This document shows positions 9,875-20,189 of a stretch of 64,000 bases of DNA, one piece after another. Location of the stretch: NCBI GenBank assembly GCA_038064895.1, contig JBBTSA010000010.1, positions 182,616-246,615 on the forward strand, in the 5' to 3' direction. The stretch comes from Patescibacteria group bacterium. GTDB lineage: Bacteria; Patescibacteriota; Microgenomatia; Daviesbacterales; UBA10151. The position numbers and the translations under genes are program-made. Under the pieces are notes generated by a model. That model did no database searches and was not told the DNA's origin. It was given only the letters and a program-made list of their open reading frames with translations. Position 1 is the stretch's first letter; each line of letters starts with the position of its first letter.

Positions 9875-11529
9875 TATTGTTTAACTTCTAAAATATCAAA
9901 AGCATTTTCACCATTTAGAAAATTTACAGAAAGGATGCGGGGTATTTCTTTTGGAAAATCTTCACCTCTGCCAATAAATAATATTTTCTTTCCACTATTT
10001 TCTCTTACAATATCCTCAAACCTTGTCCCTTTATCTCCTAAATCAGGAAAGTAAAAATTGTCAAATTTAAGAACTCTTACCCAGTCGTATGTCTCAAATC
10101 TTATCAAGTTTGGATCATTTTGATATCTAACTGGATCATAGTTTAAATAAAATAATGTAAACATATGTGGTTCTCCATAATGTCTTGTAAAAACAATTAA
10201 ATCATACTCATCTTTGTGTTCTTTAATATATTGAACAACTTGTTTATATCCATATTGCCAATCTCTTGAGTAAGAGGAAGGATAAACAGAGTAATAATTA
10301 TATAGATAATTTTTTAAACTTACTATTATTACTATTGCTAAGATTAAGACTCCTATACATTGAATGTTTACGGAATATTTTTTAAACCATTTTACAAAAA
10401 TTAAAAATCCAAGTGCTGAAATTAACTGATAAAGGGGTGCAGCAATCAGAGTCCTCAATGCATGAGGAATACTATCACCTGTTGCAGATACAGGAATATA
10501 TGCTAAAAACAACCATGAGATTAAAAGGCCTTTAAATTTTTGCTTAAGAGAAAAGAGACTGATTAAACCAATTATTAAAAAGGGTGACTGAAATAAATAT
10601 AATTGCCCTATATTTTGGGCATGATGCTGCTTATGGGGAGCACCGGAAAAAAATAAAAATTGGGGCGTAAAGTGCGAAAGATAGTTTTTTGTAAAATAAA
10701 AAGATATATAAGTTACTTTATTGTGTATAAGACGAGGTATAGGTTTCGGCAGATTTGATTTTCCCCTATTCTCATTTATTCTCGGTATCAATCCCGGATC
10801 ATCTGTTATACTTACCAACTTATATCTTGCACTTCTCTCTCCAGATAGAATAAAAGGCGCCAAAGGTAACATTAGTACTGTGAACAAAACTGCCGAAAGA
10901 ACTACAACTTCTTTGAATTTAGCAAGATTTTTTCTATAGATTAAAGATGTAGCTATAAGAAATAGAGGTGTAAAAATTCTTGCCGAATTATATGTAAATA
11001 CAGATAAAGCAAAAGGTATCATACCAAAAACTAACCACTTTTGTTTTTTAAATCCGAGTACAAGAAGATAAATACCTAGAGTTACCCAAAATGTTGCGAA
11101 TGATGACTCAAATGAAGCACGTGTTAAATGAATATGCCAAGGAGAAATAGCAAGTAAAAATGAAGACGCTAACCCCGCCAAACTACTCTGGAAAAGTTCT
11201 TTTCCCAAAAAAAATACAACTATCACGGTTAAGATTCCGTAAACTATAGGTGTAACTCTTACCCCGAGCTCATTTAAACCAAATATTGTTACGCCTGGAA
11301 TGCTTGCATAAACTTGTACTGGGAGTTTAAATTCCCCATATGCTTTAAAATGTATTGGAAACAATTCCCCCCATTCATCTTTCCCGGTCCTTAAGATCGA
11401 ATATGCATTATATGCAATTGATACTTCATCCCAATTTAAAGAGGGGGGGACTTCTGTCACTTTATAAAATCTTAAAAAAAATGCTGCTACTGTTATTAAA
11501 AGAAGTACTGAAAAAACTTTACGGTTCAT
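9874..11529 (-). CDS. GT39/PMT/ArnT-like GT-C glycosyltransferase (array member).
   Basis: 'NWDEVSIAYNAYSILRTGKDEWGELFPIHFKAYGEFKLP', 'HFTPQFLFFSGAPHKQHH'. Confidence 0.7.
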   Translation of the reverse strand: MNRKVFSVLLLITVAAFFLRFYKVTEVPPSLNWDEVSIAYNAYSILRTGKDEWGELFPIHFKAYGEFKLPVQVYASIPGVTIFGLNELGVRVTPIVYGILTVIVVFFLGKELFQSSLAGLASSFLLAISPWHIHLTRASFESSFATFWVTLGIYLLVLGFKKQKWLVFGMIPFALSVFTYNSARIFTPLFLIATSLIYRKNLAKFKEVVVLSAVLFTVLMLPLAPFILSGERSARYKLVSITDDPGLIPRINENRGKSNLPKPIPRLIHNKVTYISFYFTKNYLSHFTPQFLFFSGAPHKQHHAQNIGQLYLFQSPFLIIGLISLFSLKQKFKGLLISWLFLAYIPVSATGDSIPHALRTLIAAPLYQLISALGFLIFVKWFKKYSVNIQCIGVLILAIVIIVSLKNYLYNYYSVYPSSYSRDWQYGYKQVVQYIKEHKDEYDLIVFTRHYGEPHMFTLFYLNYDPVRYQNDPNLIRFETYDWVRVLKFDNFYFPDLGDKGTRFEDIVRENSGKKILFIGRGEDFPKEIPRILSVNFLNGENAFDILEVKQ

Positions 11530-11640
11530 TTTAAGTTATGCAAAATTATATTAACTCTCCAGTATGTAAAGATCAATGAACTTAGCAATCAAGAAAAATA
11601 TTACTAAGCAATGAAATTTTAAAAATATCATATTTTAAAA

Positions 11641-13263
11641 TTAAAGCTTCACCCCGTAAAATGCAGGTCTTTTATTATAAAAATAGAAAACTCGTATTAT
11701 TTTATCCTTTTCAATATCCTGAATTGGTAAACTCCATGGACTCCCAATAAGTAAAGTATTTTTTAAGTTGTAATCCTTTCCCCATTCTATTTTTCTAATA
11801 GAAAATTTTTCGAAACTTAATTCTCTGTCTTTATCTCCAATCTTATATTCCTTTTGAAATTTTGACGGCGGGTAATTTCCAAAGTAAGCCAAATAATAAT
11901 GGGCTCCAACTCCAATTCTAGGAGCATCTTCTCCAAATAAGGGATCTAATACAATTTGATCAAAATCATTACTCTTAGACCATGCAAACTCTGATACCTG
12001 CTTAAATGGATATTGCAGATATTGAGATTTCTCAAAAGGATAATTTACAAAATAAACATGAAGAAAATAAATTACATTACAAGTTAGCAGCACTAGAAAT
12101 ATTATTGATGCTAGTTTAAAACTCCTACTATCCTTTAGTTTCTGCCAAAACCAATAACTACCAACACCAGTTACTATATTTAGAAATGTAAAAGCTATAA
12201 CTATCCTATGTGGGCTATAGGGTTCGAATGTTAATCCGCTTGGTAATGTTCCTAAAGCTATCAAGGAAGCAATTAACTTACCCTCTTTTCTTAAAAAAGG
12301 TCTTTGAATAAAAAATAAGACTCCTAAACTTAAGAAAGGTAATTGTACAAACAAAAGCGGACCGATATTTAGTGGGCCTTGATTGGTTAAATTTAAACCA
12401 TTTACAAATAAATAAGTTGGATCAAACTGATTAAGATAACGATTAAAAATAAAATCTCCAATTACTTTGAAGTATAGAGGGCCATTTACAAATTCCAACT
12501 GTTTTCCCAAGTTTATATCTTGAGTTATGAAGACTGTCTGCGATCTATATCTACTCCCTGGATTAATCAAGAAGATTAAAACAAGAGGAACAATAAGAAA
12601 AATCCATAAAAGTAATGGCGGTAAAAGCTCCTTAGGCTTAAAAGAGAATTGTTTTCTAAAAATTAAAATAAATACCGCTACCATAAGTGGGATAATAATT
12701 ACATGAGAGAAGTAAGTATACATACCCAAAGCCGAAAAAAGAGCAACCAAATATAACCATCTCTTTCCTTTTCCCAATGAATTAAAAAGACAGACAAAAG
12801 CAATAAGTGTAAAGAAAATCCCTATACCGTTTTCAAAACTTTTCCGGGAAAAAAATATTTCTGCGGGAGAAATAGCTGTAAAAAAACTTGCCCATAAAGC
12901 TAGTCTAGAGTTCTTTGTTAAGCTTTTAGTAAACCAAAAAACAGCTGGAATTATTAATATACCAAATACTACTCCGACTACCCTAATTGTCCATTCATGA
13001 TTACCAGCTAATAAGTATACTAGTGCAGTTGCATAAGTATAAAAAGGGGGTTTGAAATCACCTATGGAGGGGAAGATTGTAGGTAAAAAATTACCATAAA
13101 TATCTCGACCCGTTTGAGCTATGGATATAGCATCATAAAGTTGTGTAATTTCATCATGACCAAAATGTACGGGATACTTATTAAGCTCCCATACCCGTAA
13201 AAATATACCCAAAATCAGTATTGCTAGAAAAATCCAAAATTTGGTGATTTTCATTTTATACAT
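11641..13263 (-). CDS. GT39/PMT/ArnT-like GT-C glycosyltransferase (array member).
   Basis: 'HDEITQLYDAISIAQTGRDIYGNFLPTIFPSIGDFKPP', multi-TM. Confidence 0.65.
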   Translation of the reverse strand: MYKMKITKFWIFLAILILGIFLRVWELNKYPVHFGHDEITQLYDAISIAQTGRDIYGNFLPTIFPSIGDFKPPFYTYATALVYLLAGNHEWTIRVVGVVFGILIIPAVFWFTKSLTKNSRLALWASFFTAISPAEIFFSRKSFENGIGIFFTLIAFVCLFNSLGKGKRWLYLVALFSALGMYTYFSHVIIIPLMVAVFILIFRKQFSFKPKELLPPLLLWIFLIVPLVLIFLINPGSRYRSQTVFITQDINLGKQLEFVNGPLYFKVIGDFIFNRYLNQFDPTYLFVNGLNLTNQGPLNIGPLLFVQLPFLSLGVLFFIQRPFLRKEGKLIASLIALGTLPSGLTFEPYSPHRIVIAFTFLNIVTGVGSYWFWQKLKDSRSFKLASIIFLVLLTCNVIYFLHVYFVNYPFEKSQYLQYPFKQVSEFAWSKSNDFDQIVLDPLFGEDAPRIGVGAHYYLAYFGNYPPSKFQKEYKIGDKDRELSFEKFSIRKIEWGKDYNLKNTLLIGSPWSLPIQDIEKDKIIRVFYFYNKRPAFYGVKL

Positions 13264-14810
13264 ACTCTACCTTTAATTAAGTAAGTAGCATCTTCTCCCT
13301 TACTATCCAAATAGGTCTTTTCTATATCGACTATATCTGCCGACTTAAGCCTCTGAAGGTCACGTTTACTGGAAAATAATTGCGTATTTTCTTCAGTCCC
13401 ACAAGTTTTAAAACTATCACTTACACCCACAACTGTAATCTTCCCCAATTTAGTTTGACGAAACTTATACGGATAAGGTATATCTAAAAAAGCTTCTGAA
13501 GGATTAAACGGCGTATACCATCCAATAAAGGGTGTGATATCTTCAACAATATCATCAGATATAAGTACTCGGTTTGTATTTGATAATTTAAAAACATCTT
13601 CTACTACCGTCTTAATCCATCCCGGTCTTATATAAGTAGTAGATTTAATTTGTGGGGATAAAGGGGATAAAAAGGAAAGATTAACAATAAGCTCCAGAGC
13701 CATCAAAATAAAAATTAAGGTCGAGAGTGATTTTTTCATCTGAAGAAATCCAAAAGCTATTACAAATGCAATAAAAGGTATCGCTAGAATCACAATTTGG
13801 GGACTAAATTGTGGATAAATTAATGCAGAAGGTAACGTTATTATCAATGAATATAAAAGAAATTTACTTCTTTTCTCTCTTATTAAAAATAACATGCCCA
13901 GAAGCGCAGGAAGTATAGCTATCTTAGGAAAAGCACCCATACCAACAAAACCTAAATTCCCATTCTTATCAAATTGGCCAAACAATATACTTGGCGCTAA
14001 ATTAGATAAAAAGTGGAAAAACCCTGTAACAAAAAAATAAGATTTATTGATAAGAATCTCCCCAAGAAGCGGTGACCAATTACTTTCAATTCCCTGTCCT
14101 CTTAACTTATTGATTCCGTTTATTATTGTTACATCTGAAAATAGTGAAAAATTATTTTCAGATAGACTTCTTTTAGATTGTGGGACTTGTAGAAAAAAAG
14201 CTAACGCTAATAAAACGAAAACTAAGGATGCTGTCAGTAATTTACCTTTTTGGCCAGTAAAGAATATGAATGGCACAAGTAAAAACCAGGTGAACTTAGA
14301 CAAAAAGATTGCCAAAATCATTACTGGGATTGTAAATAGCCTTTTGTTGTTTATTAAAAGATAAAAAAGCAATGCAAAAATAAATGTTAAAACAATACTC
14401 TCGTTTGGGGTTTTTGATAAGAAAATCAAGGGTGGGGATAATGCTACAACTAAACCGCTAGCTAGCCAAAAAAATGGTTTAGCACTCAAAGATTTTGCTA
14501 TATAATAAATTAGTAAAACAAGAGCTGTTCCCATTAATATAAAGGGTAACCTTACTCCCAAATCCGACTTACCAAATAAGAATACCCCCAATCCTGTTAG
14601 GTATGAGACTAAAGGCAGTCGGTAATCTTCTAAGGAGTTAAATAGTAAAGGGAGTAACCTACCTAATTCATCTTTACCAGATATTGCTAAGGAATATCCT
14701 CTAAAAGCTACTCTTGCTTCCTCTTGTGTAAAGGGCGGAAAGCCTAATGGAATAATTCTTAAGGCGAAAGCCAAAAGAACTATTAATAATAAATTTTTAT
14801 TAGTTCCCAT
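13251..14810 (-). CDS. GT39/PMT/ArnT-like GT-C glycosyltransferase (divergent array member).
   Basis: 'TQEEARVAFRGYSLAISGKDELGRLLPLLFNS', same topology. Confidence 0.55.
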   Translation of the reverse strand: MGTNKNLLLIVLLAFALRIIPLGFPPFTQEEARVAFRGYSLAISGKDELGRLLPLLFNSLEDYRLPLVSYLTGLGVFLFGKSDLGVRLPFILMGTALVLLIYYIAKSLSAKPFFWLASGLVVALSPPLIFLSKTPNESIVLTFIFALLFYLLINNKRLFTIPVMILAIFLSKFTWFLLVPFIFFTGQKGKLLTASLVFVLLALAFFLQVPQSKRSLSENNFSLFSDVTIINGINKLRGQGIESNWSPLLGEILINKSYFFVTGFFHFLSNLAPSILFGQFDKNGNLGFVGMGAFPKIAILPALLGMLFLIREKRSKFLLYSLIITLPSALIYPQFSPQIVILAIPFIAFVIAFGFLQMKKSLSTLIFILMALELIVNLSFLSPLSPQIKSTTYIRPGWIKTVVEDVFKLSNTNRVLISDDIVEDITPFIGWYTPFNPSEAFLDIPYPYKFRQTKLGKITVVGVSDSFKTCGTEENTQLFSSKRDLQRLKSADIVDIEKTYLDSKGEDATYLIKGRVCIK

Positions 14811-16272
14811 TTTTCAATAAATAATAATCCGATTGACCAACTCTTACAAGATTTAGATCATCTTTTTTGGTCGAAATACCCCCAAAATCAACAAGGATTA
14901 CGCTATTTTTCGGTATATCCTCATTTTGTGACCAACGATTTAATCCTTCAGCAAAATAAACCTCCTTAAAAAAATTAGCAGCAATTGAGTTTTCGGATAA
15001 ATTACTCTGGATAAAAGGCTTTAAATTTTCTTCCTTTGCCTTAAGGTACAGCTCTTTAAAACCAAGGTGTATGGGTTTTGAAAATTCGGAAGTAACTAGT
15101 TTTGGATACTCGTACCAATAAAATCTTACAAAGTCCTGATAATTGATTATGATCAGTATTAAGATACTTAGAATTGTCAATATTTTCTTAAGTGAAAACC
15201 TTAACGAGAGTATACTAACCATCCCGTATGTTGAAATAACTACATAAAACGGTATTAAAACTAGCAATCTACTACCCCTATGTATTGGTGTACCTATACC
15301 AAAAAGTAGGGGTGTTAGAAAAAAACATAACAAAGTAAAGACGAAAAAGTGATGCTTTTTTTGAATAGTTCTAACTATACCCAAGATAAATAACGGCAAG
15401 GATGATAGCAGGAAAACTCCGTGTTTACCTGTTGAGTGGTATGGCGTTGTATCACCGGTTATATATAAAAATGCGGGATCAAAAGAAGAAATAAAGGGAA
15501 GTAAAATATCCTGATAGCTCTCTATATTAAAAGCTCTATACTGACCTAGGATAGAACCAGGATATTCACTCTTAAGAAGAAACAGCAGTAAAAATGAGGG
15601 GAGGAGTCCTGCTAAGAAAAATAAGGATTTTTTGATTGATTGCGACGGATTGGTTCTGTCAATATAAATAAGGTAGGCAATGGTTAATAAAGCAAGAACA
15701 GGTACAATAAGTCTCATGCCAAGATAAGAAAATAAACTAAAACCCAAGAAAACTGACGATGAGAAAAGTAGTATCTTACTATTATTTCTTATAAATTTTG
15801 CAAGAAATAGCAACCAAAGGCTTACAAGAGGAACGGGCGCAATATTTTCAAGTGCAAGATGCGTTTGAATCATAAGAATTGGGATTGTTGTAAAAATTAG
15901 TAAGCTAAATAATGCAGGAATAAATCCAAGAACCATGTTTATTAGGATAAAAATAATAAGGCAGGAGGCAAGACCGAATATAACGCTTACTGCTCTTAAA
16001 CTAAAATATGATGGCCCGAATAATTTAAAAGTAATTATTTCAGAATAAAAAGTGACCGGCTGTTTCCAATCTTTTGAATTTGGATCTGAAGTAAAGATTG
16101 GCATAAATTTTCCCAAGGAATCTCTTCCTGTTTTGGAAACTAGGGCAGCATTATAACCAATAGATGCCTCATCACCGTTTATACCTGGAGGAACATCTAA
16201 AATCCTAAAGGTGAAAAATATCCAGCCAAATAAAAAGAAGGCAGTAAGTGAAAAAATTTTAGCATTAACCAT
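14800..16272 (-). CDS. GT39/PMT/ArnT-like GT-C glycosyltransferase (array member).
   Basis: 'NGDEASIGYNAALVSKTGRDSLGKFMPIFTS', multi-TM. Confidence 0.65.
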   Translation of the reverse strand: MVNAKIFSLTAFFLFGWIFFTFRILDVPPGINGDEASIGYNAALVSKTGRDSLGKFMPIFTSDPNSKDWKQPVTFYSEIITFKLFGPSYFSLRAVSVIFGLASCLIIFILINMVLGFIPALFSLLIFTTIPILMIQTHLALENIAPVPLVSLWLLFLAKFIRNNSKILLFSSSVFLGFSLFSYLGMRLIVPVLALLTIAYLIYIDRTNPSQSIKKSLFFLAGLLPSFLLLFLLKSEYPGSILGQYRAFNIESYQDILLPFISSFDPAFLYITGDTTPYHSTGKHGVFLLSSLPLFILGIVRTIQKKHHFFVFTLLCFFLTPLLFGIGTPIHRGSRLLVLIPFYVVISTYGMVSILSLRFSLKKILTILSILILIIINYQDFVRFYWYEYPKLVTSEFSKPIHLGFKELYLKAKEENLKPFIQSNLSENSIAANFFKEVYFAEGLNRWSQNEDIPKNSVILVDFGGISTKKDDLNLVRVGQSDYYLLKNGN

Positions 16273-16280
16273 TATTTCCT

Positions 16281-17387
16281 CTACTTGAGTCGCTTATATA
16301 TGATATAAATTGCGGCACCGGCAAAAATAGACTGCAACAAACTTCTTGCAAAATTATAATCCACAGAAAATTTAAGCAAAGTCCATATATCCGGAGTTAG
16401 TTTTAAGAATGGGAAGAGGGGTGCGAACATTTTAGTAGTGAGTGAGGCATCAAAAAAGAAAAGTGATAGAATCCAGCTTATAAAAATTATTAATATCGGT
16501 AAAACATTTTTAAGTCTGTCAAATACCAAATCCAAAATCAAAAAAGGCGTTACCCAAATCAACCATTGAGGATGAAAATGGGTGAAAATAAAAAATAAAA
16601 GGAGCGGTGCTAAATACAACTTCCACAAAGATACTTTATCAACCCTTTGCCTTAAGATCAAAAAATAAAAAAGTACTATAAAAGTGGGGAAAAGTAGAAT
16701 AGATTCTCCTCCTGAAACAGGAATAGAGGCATATAAGCTTTTTGAACTTTGATTTGCAAATAAGGCATTTGACCTAAAATTACTTGAGGAAATATAGGGT
16801 AAGACTGAAGCGATATATGGTAGAAGTGTATAAACTACAAGTTTGGCTTTTGTCCAGAGCCCCTTTCCTAGTAGAATCAGTGGGATAATAAGAAACACGG
16901 GATACAGCTTAAAGGCAATCCCAACACCCAATACTAATGCTGCCCAAGTTAGCTTATTTTTTAAAGCCAAGTATATTGAAAGAACAGAAAAAAAAGTGGG
17001 AATAATATCAAATTGTCCCATCATATAGGTTGCATATAAACTGATTGGATTAAACATCCAAAGAGAGAAAGTAAGAATTTTATTTTGTGAATTAACCAAT
17101 TTTGTAAGTATTAAGCCTAGGGTTAAATCAAAAATTAAGTAAGATAGTTTCATAAGATATAAACTATTACCGAAAAGTAAATTAAGCAGCCCAAAAAACC
17201 AATAGATTAGCGGAGGATAATTTAAAACCAAGGCATCAGTACTGAATTCATAAAGATTTAAAATATGACCGTCCGAAACAAATTTCCCCCCCAAACTTAA
17301 AGCCCCAAGATCAGGATGAAGCGTTGATAAAGATAAAAATAATCTTAAACCTATACCAACTATTAATATAACCCAAAACCTTTTCAT
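16281..17387 (-). CDS. Polytopic membrane protein, GT-C-like (DUF2029/GT87-like), tentative.
   Basis: 368 aa, ~10 TM helices, 'NYPPLIYWFFG' and 'FNPISLYATYMMGQFD' loop motifs. Confidence 0.35.
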   Translation of the reverse strand: MKRFWVILIVGIGLRLFLSLSTLHPDLGALSLGGKFVSDGHILNLYEFSTDALVLNYPPLIYWFFGLLNLLFGNSLYLMKLSYLIFDLTLGLILTKLVNSQNKILTFSLWMFNPISLYATYMMGQFDIIPTFFSVLSIYLALKNKLTWAALVLGVGIAFKLYPVFLIIPLILLGKGLWTKAKLVVYTLLPYIASVLPYISSSNFRSNALFANQSSKSLYASIPVSGGESILLFPTFIVLFYFLILRQRVDKVSLWKLYLAPLLLFFIFTHFHPQWLIWVTPFLILDLVFDRLKNVLPILIIFISWILSLFFFDASLTTKMFAPLFPFLKLTPDIWTLLKFSVDYNFARSLLQSIFAGAAIYIIYKRLK

Positions 17388-18454
17388 AAGAGGTTGTGAA
17401 GAATTTCCTGAGTAAATTTTTCCTCATTAAAAATCCTTGATCTTGCCCGTGCGCGCCTGGACATTTCCTGCCACTTTTCTTTTTTTTCGCTTAGCATTAA
17501 AGTATATTTTTTAAGCTGTTCAACCGTTTCCCACAAGAAACCCGATCTAGTGTGTTCAACAATTTCTATTTGCCCGCCTTTCCCCAAAACCACAGGTACA
17601 CATCCTCCCGCCATCGCCTCCGCTGTTGAAATACCAAAATGTTCCATTTTAGTCGGATCGCCTTCTCCATACCCTGAAGCATGCCAATAAATTTTAGACT
17701 CACCATAAAATCTTATCAGATCATCATACTCCAAATTTGGGTGAAAAAATATCGGTAAATTGTTTGCAAGTTTTCTAAGTTGCTCAACGTAAGGTTTATC
17801 GCCCTCTGATGCTGAACCAACCAGATGCAAACTCCATCCGGTTAATAGTCTGTCTGCAAACATTTTTTTGAATGTCTCTATTAAAAGAGCGTGCTTCTTA
17901 TCTTTCAAATAACCGAAAAAGCGTCCCACAGACAAAATATAGTTTTTCTTGTTTAAAGGTTTAATTTTGTCAACATCAACCGGGGGATAAATTACTTGAG
18001 AATAAAGCGGCCAAAATTTTTCAGAATTTTTTTTTGTAAACTCAGAATTGTAAATAATTAAATCCCATTGCTTTAGTTTCAACTTTCCCCATAAAGCATT
18101 TGCCTGACCCGCCAGGGGAGTCTGAATATGCATTATATTTCTTTTAGCTGAGGGGATAAAAATACTACCATCTGTTAGATAGAAAAGTATGTCATATTTT
18201 TTTAAAAAAGAAAATCTTTGTAGAAAACTTGATCCTTTCCCTATTGGGCCATTTATAAAATTCACCTTAACTATATTTAAATTAAATCTCTTTGAAAGTT
18301 CTCTTTTTAGGTAGTCTCCTCCTAAATCTGCAAGATGTTTATCCAATAAGACATCTACCCTTCCCAGAGAACAGAGAACCTCTGCAATTGTCATCATATA
18401 TCTTTCTCCCCCGCCAAATGTATCAAGGTATGGAGAATAAATTGCTATTTTCAC
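17384..18454 (-). CDS. GT4 glycosyltransferase (Glycos_transf_1).
   Basis: C-terminal 'GYGEGDPTKMEHFGISTAEAMAGGCVPVVLGKGGQIEIV' matches the E-x7-E retaining GT-B motif region. Confidence 0.7.
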   Translation of the reverse strand: MKIAIYSPYLDTFGGGERYMMTIAEVLCSLGRVDVLLDKHLADLGGDYLKRELSKRFNLNIVKVNFINGPIGKGSSFLQRFSFLKKYDILFYLTDGSIFIPSAKRNIMHIQTPLAGQANALWGKLKLKQWDLIIYNSEFTKKNSEKFWPLYSQVIYPPVDVDKIKPLNKKNYILSVGRFFGYLKDKKHALLIETFKKMFADRLLTGWSLHLVGSASEGDKPYVEQLRKLANNLPIFFHPNLEYDDLIRFYGESKIYWHASGYGEGDPTKMEHFGISTAEAMAGGCVPVVLGKGGQIEIVEHTRSGFLWETVEQLKKYTLMLSEKKEKWQEMSRRARARSRIFNEEKFTQEILHNLL

Positions 18455-19254
18455 AACTTAAATCCGTTTTCTATTAACCGCTGATCTATCTCTCTATAAA
18501 TCTCCTCACGTGGCTTTTCTTGCTGAAGCTCCCATAACCTAACATAACTAATTAACATGCTAAATGATTGTAATAAAGAATCCATAACACCAATTGTTCC
18601 GTTAAAAAATCCACCTCTTTTAATCCCCTGGTTAAAAATTTCTCCAAATAAGATTCTTAGAAACCTCCATCCTGACATTTTTGGATGTCCTGCCTCAAAT
18701 CTTAATTTCGCATCAATTTTGCTCCACTGAAGACTTTTTAAAACTATCTGATCTATATCACGGTGGGTCAAATGTAACAGCAGATTCTTTGCATATCCGA
18801 GTTTACCTTTAAACTTTGGCGATTCATGCACCTTACCCTTCCATCCCTCAAAATCCGATCTTTTAAAAAGCCTTATTACCCAATCTTTTTTATAGGGACC
18901 ATAACTTACTTCCCTACCAAAAATAATATTTTTTCTTGAAATTGCAAAAGCCGAATAATCTGTAAAGGTTACCAGAGATTCCAACTCACTTCGCAGCGAA
19001 GATAGTACACGCTCGTCCGCATCCAGATAGAATACCCATTCTCCCCGAGTTTTTTCAAATGCTTTATTTCTTAAACTGTCAAAATCCAAATCTTTAAATT
19101 CAAAAATTTTGCTGGTATATTCTCTTGCAATCTGTTTTGTTTTATCAGATGAACCATTATCAGCAATAATAATTTCATCTGCCCATTTAACTGATTCTAA
19201 ACAAGCTTTGATTCTTTCTTCTTCATTTTTTGCAATCACAATTGCTGATAACAT
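18451..19254 (-). CDS. GT2-like glycosyltransferase.
   Basis: 'LSAIVIAKNEEERI...IIADNGSSDKTKQIA...YLDADE'. Confidence 0.65.
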   Translation of the reverse strand: MLSAIVIAKNEEERIKACLESVKWADEIIIADNGSSDKTKQIAREYTSKIFEFKDLDFDSLRNKAFEKTRGEWVFYLDADERVLSSLRSELESLVTFTDYSAFAISRKNIIFGREVSYGPYKKDWVIRLFKRSDFEGWKGKVHESPKFKGKLGYAKNLLLHLTHRDIDQIVLKSLQWSKIDAKLRFEAGHPKMSGWRFLRILFGEIFNQGIKRGGFFNGTIGVMDSLLQSFSMLISYVRLWELQQEKPREEIYREIDQRLIENGFKL

Positions 19255-19259
19255 ATTTG

Positions 19260-20150
19260 TTAAATAAATTTTGAAAGTATCTTTTTAAATGGGTTGCCTT
19301 GTGCTTTGGCTTGCTTGAACCAATAATTTATTTGGTATTCACCATTTCTCTTCTCCTGTTCTAAATCAGATATTTTAATTACTTTATCTTCAAAAGAAGA
19401 CTTTTCCCAGACCTTCAAATATACTACTAGAAATGAGAGTGCCTGTAATAAACTCAATGCTAAACCATGCAAACCATCAGTATAACCTTTGTTTGCAAAA
19501 AAGCGAGAAAGAAATTCACTTAGAGGTTTTTGAATAAGATCAGACCATTCAAATTTATAACCATTACTTTTAAGTTCTTCTGCCTCAATAGCAGTATAGC
19601 GGTTCATTCTATTAATAAATTGTTCTATTGTTTGGTAATTATAATGAACTATCGCCCATTTCTCCTCCTCCTCAAGATCCAAACCTTCTCCTGAAACCTT
19701 AGGCTGCCTGTGAATATTATTATTCCACTTAACCTTACCTCTCTTGAAGAATCTTACATTAAGATCCGGCCACCACATTGAGGCTTTCATCCATTTATTG
19801 AAAATAATGTTCTTTCTGGGAATCCTTACATAATTTATCTGTCTCATTGAAGAGGCAATCTGTACTAATCTTTTAGCTAGAGTCTCTGGTACTTCTTCAT
19901 CAGGATCTAAAACCAAAACCCAGTCATTCGAAGCTTTAGCTATTGCAAAATTTCTGGCAGGTTCTACATACCTTACTCTTTTATGAAAAACTACTTTTGC
20001 ACCAAGCTTCTTAGCAATCTCAACAGTCTTATCGTCCGAATACATATCACAAATAATAATCTCATCTGCCCATTTAACAGACTGTACGGCTCCTGTGATA
20101 TTTTTCTCATCATTGAATGTATTTAAAACAGCTGATATTTTTTTTCCCAT
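19260..20150 (-). CDS. GT2-like glycosyltransferase.
   Basis: 'ISAVLNTFNDEKNI...IIICDMYSDDKTVEIA...VLDPDE'. Paralogous to 18451-19254. Confidence 0.65.
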   Translation of the reverse strand: MGKKISAVLNTFNDEKNITGAVQSVKWADEIIICDMYSDDKTVEIAKKLGAKVVFHKRVRYVEPARNFAIAKASNDWVLVLDPDEEVPETLAKRLVQIASSMRQINYVRIPRKNIIFNKWMKASMWWPDLNVRFFKRGKVKWNNNIHRQPKVSGEGLDLEEEEKWAIVHYNYQTIEQFINRMNRYTAIEAEELKSNGYKFEWSDLIQKPLSEFLSRFFANKGYTDGLHGLALSLLQALSFLVVYLKVWEKSSFEDKVIKISDLEQEKRNGEYQINYWFKQAKAQGNPFKKILSKFI

Positions 20151-20189
20151 ACTTGAAATCTTACCAATTTACGAGGTATAAGTAAATTC

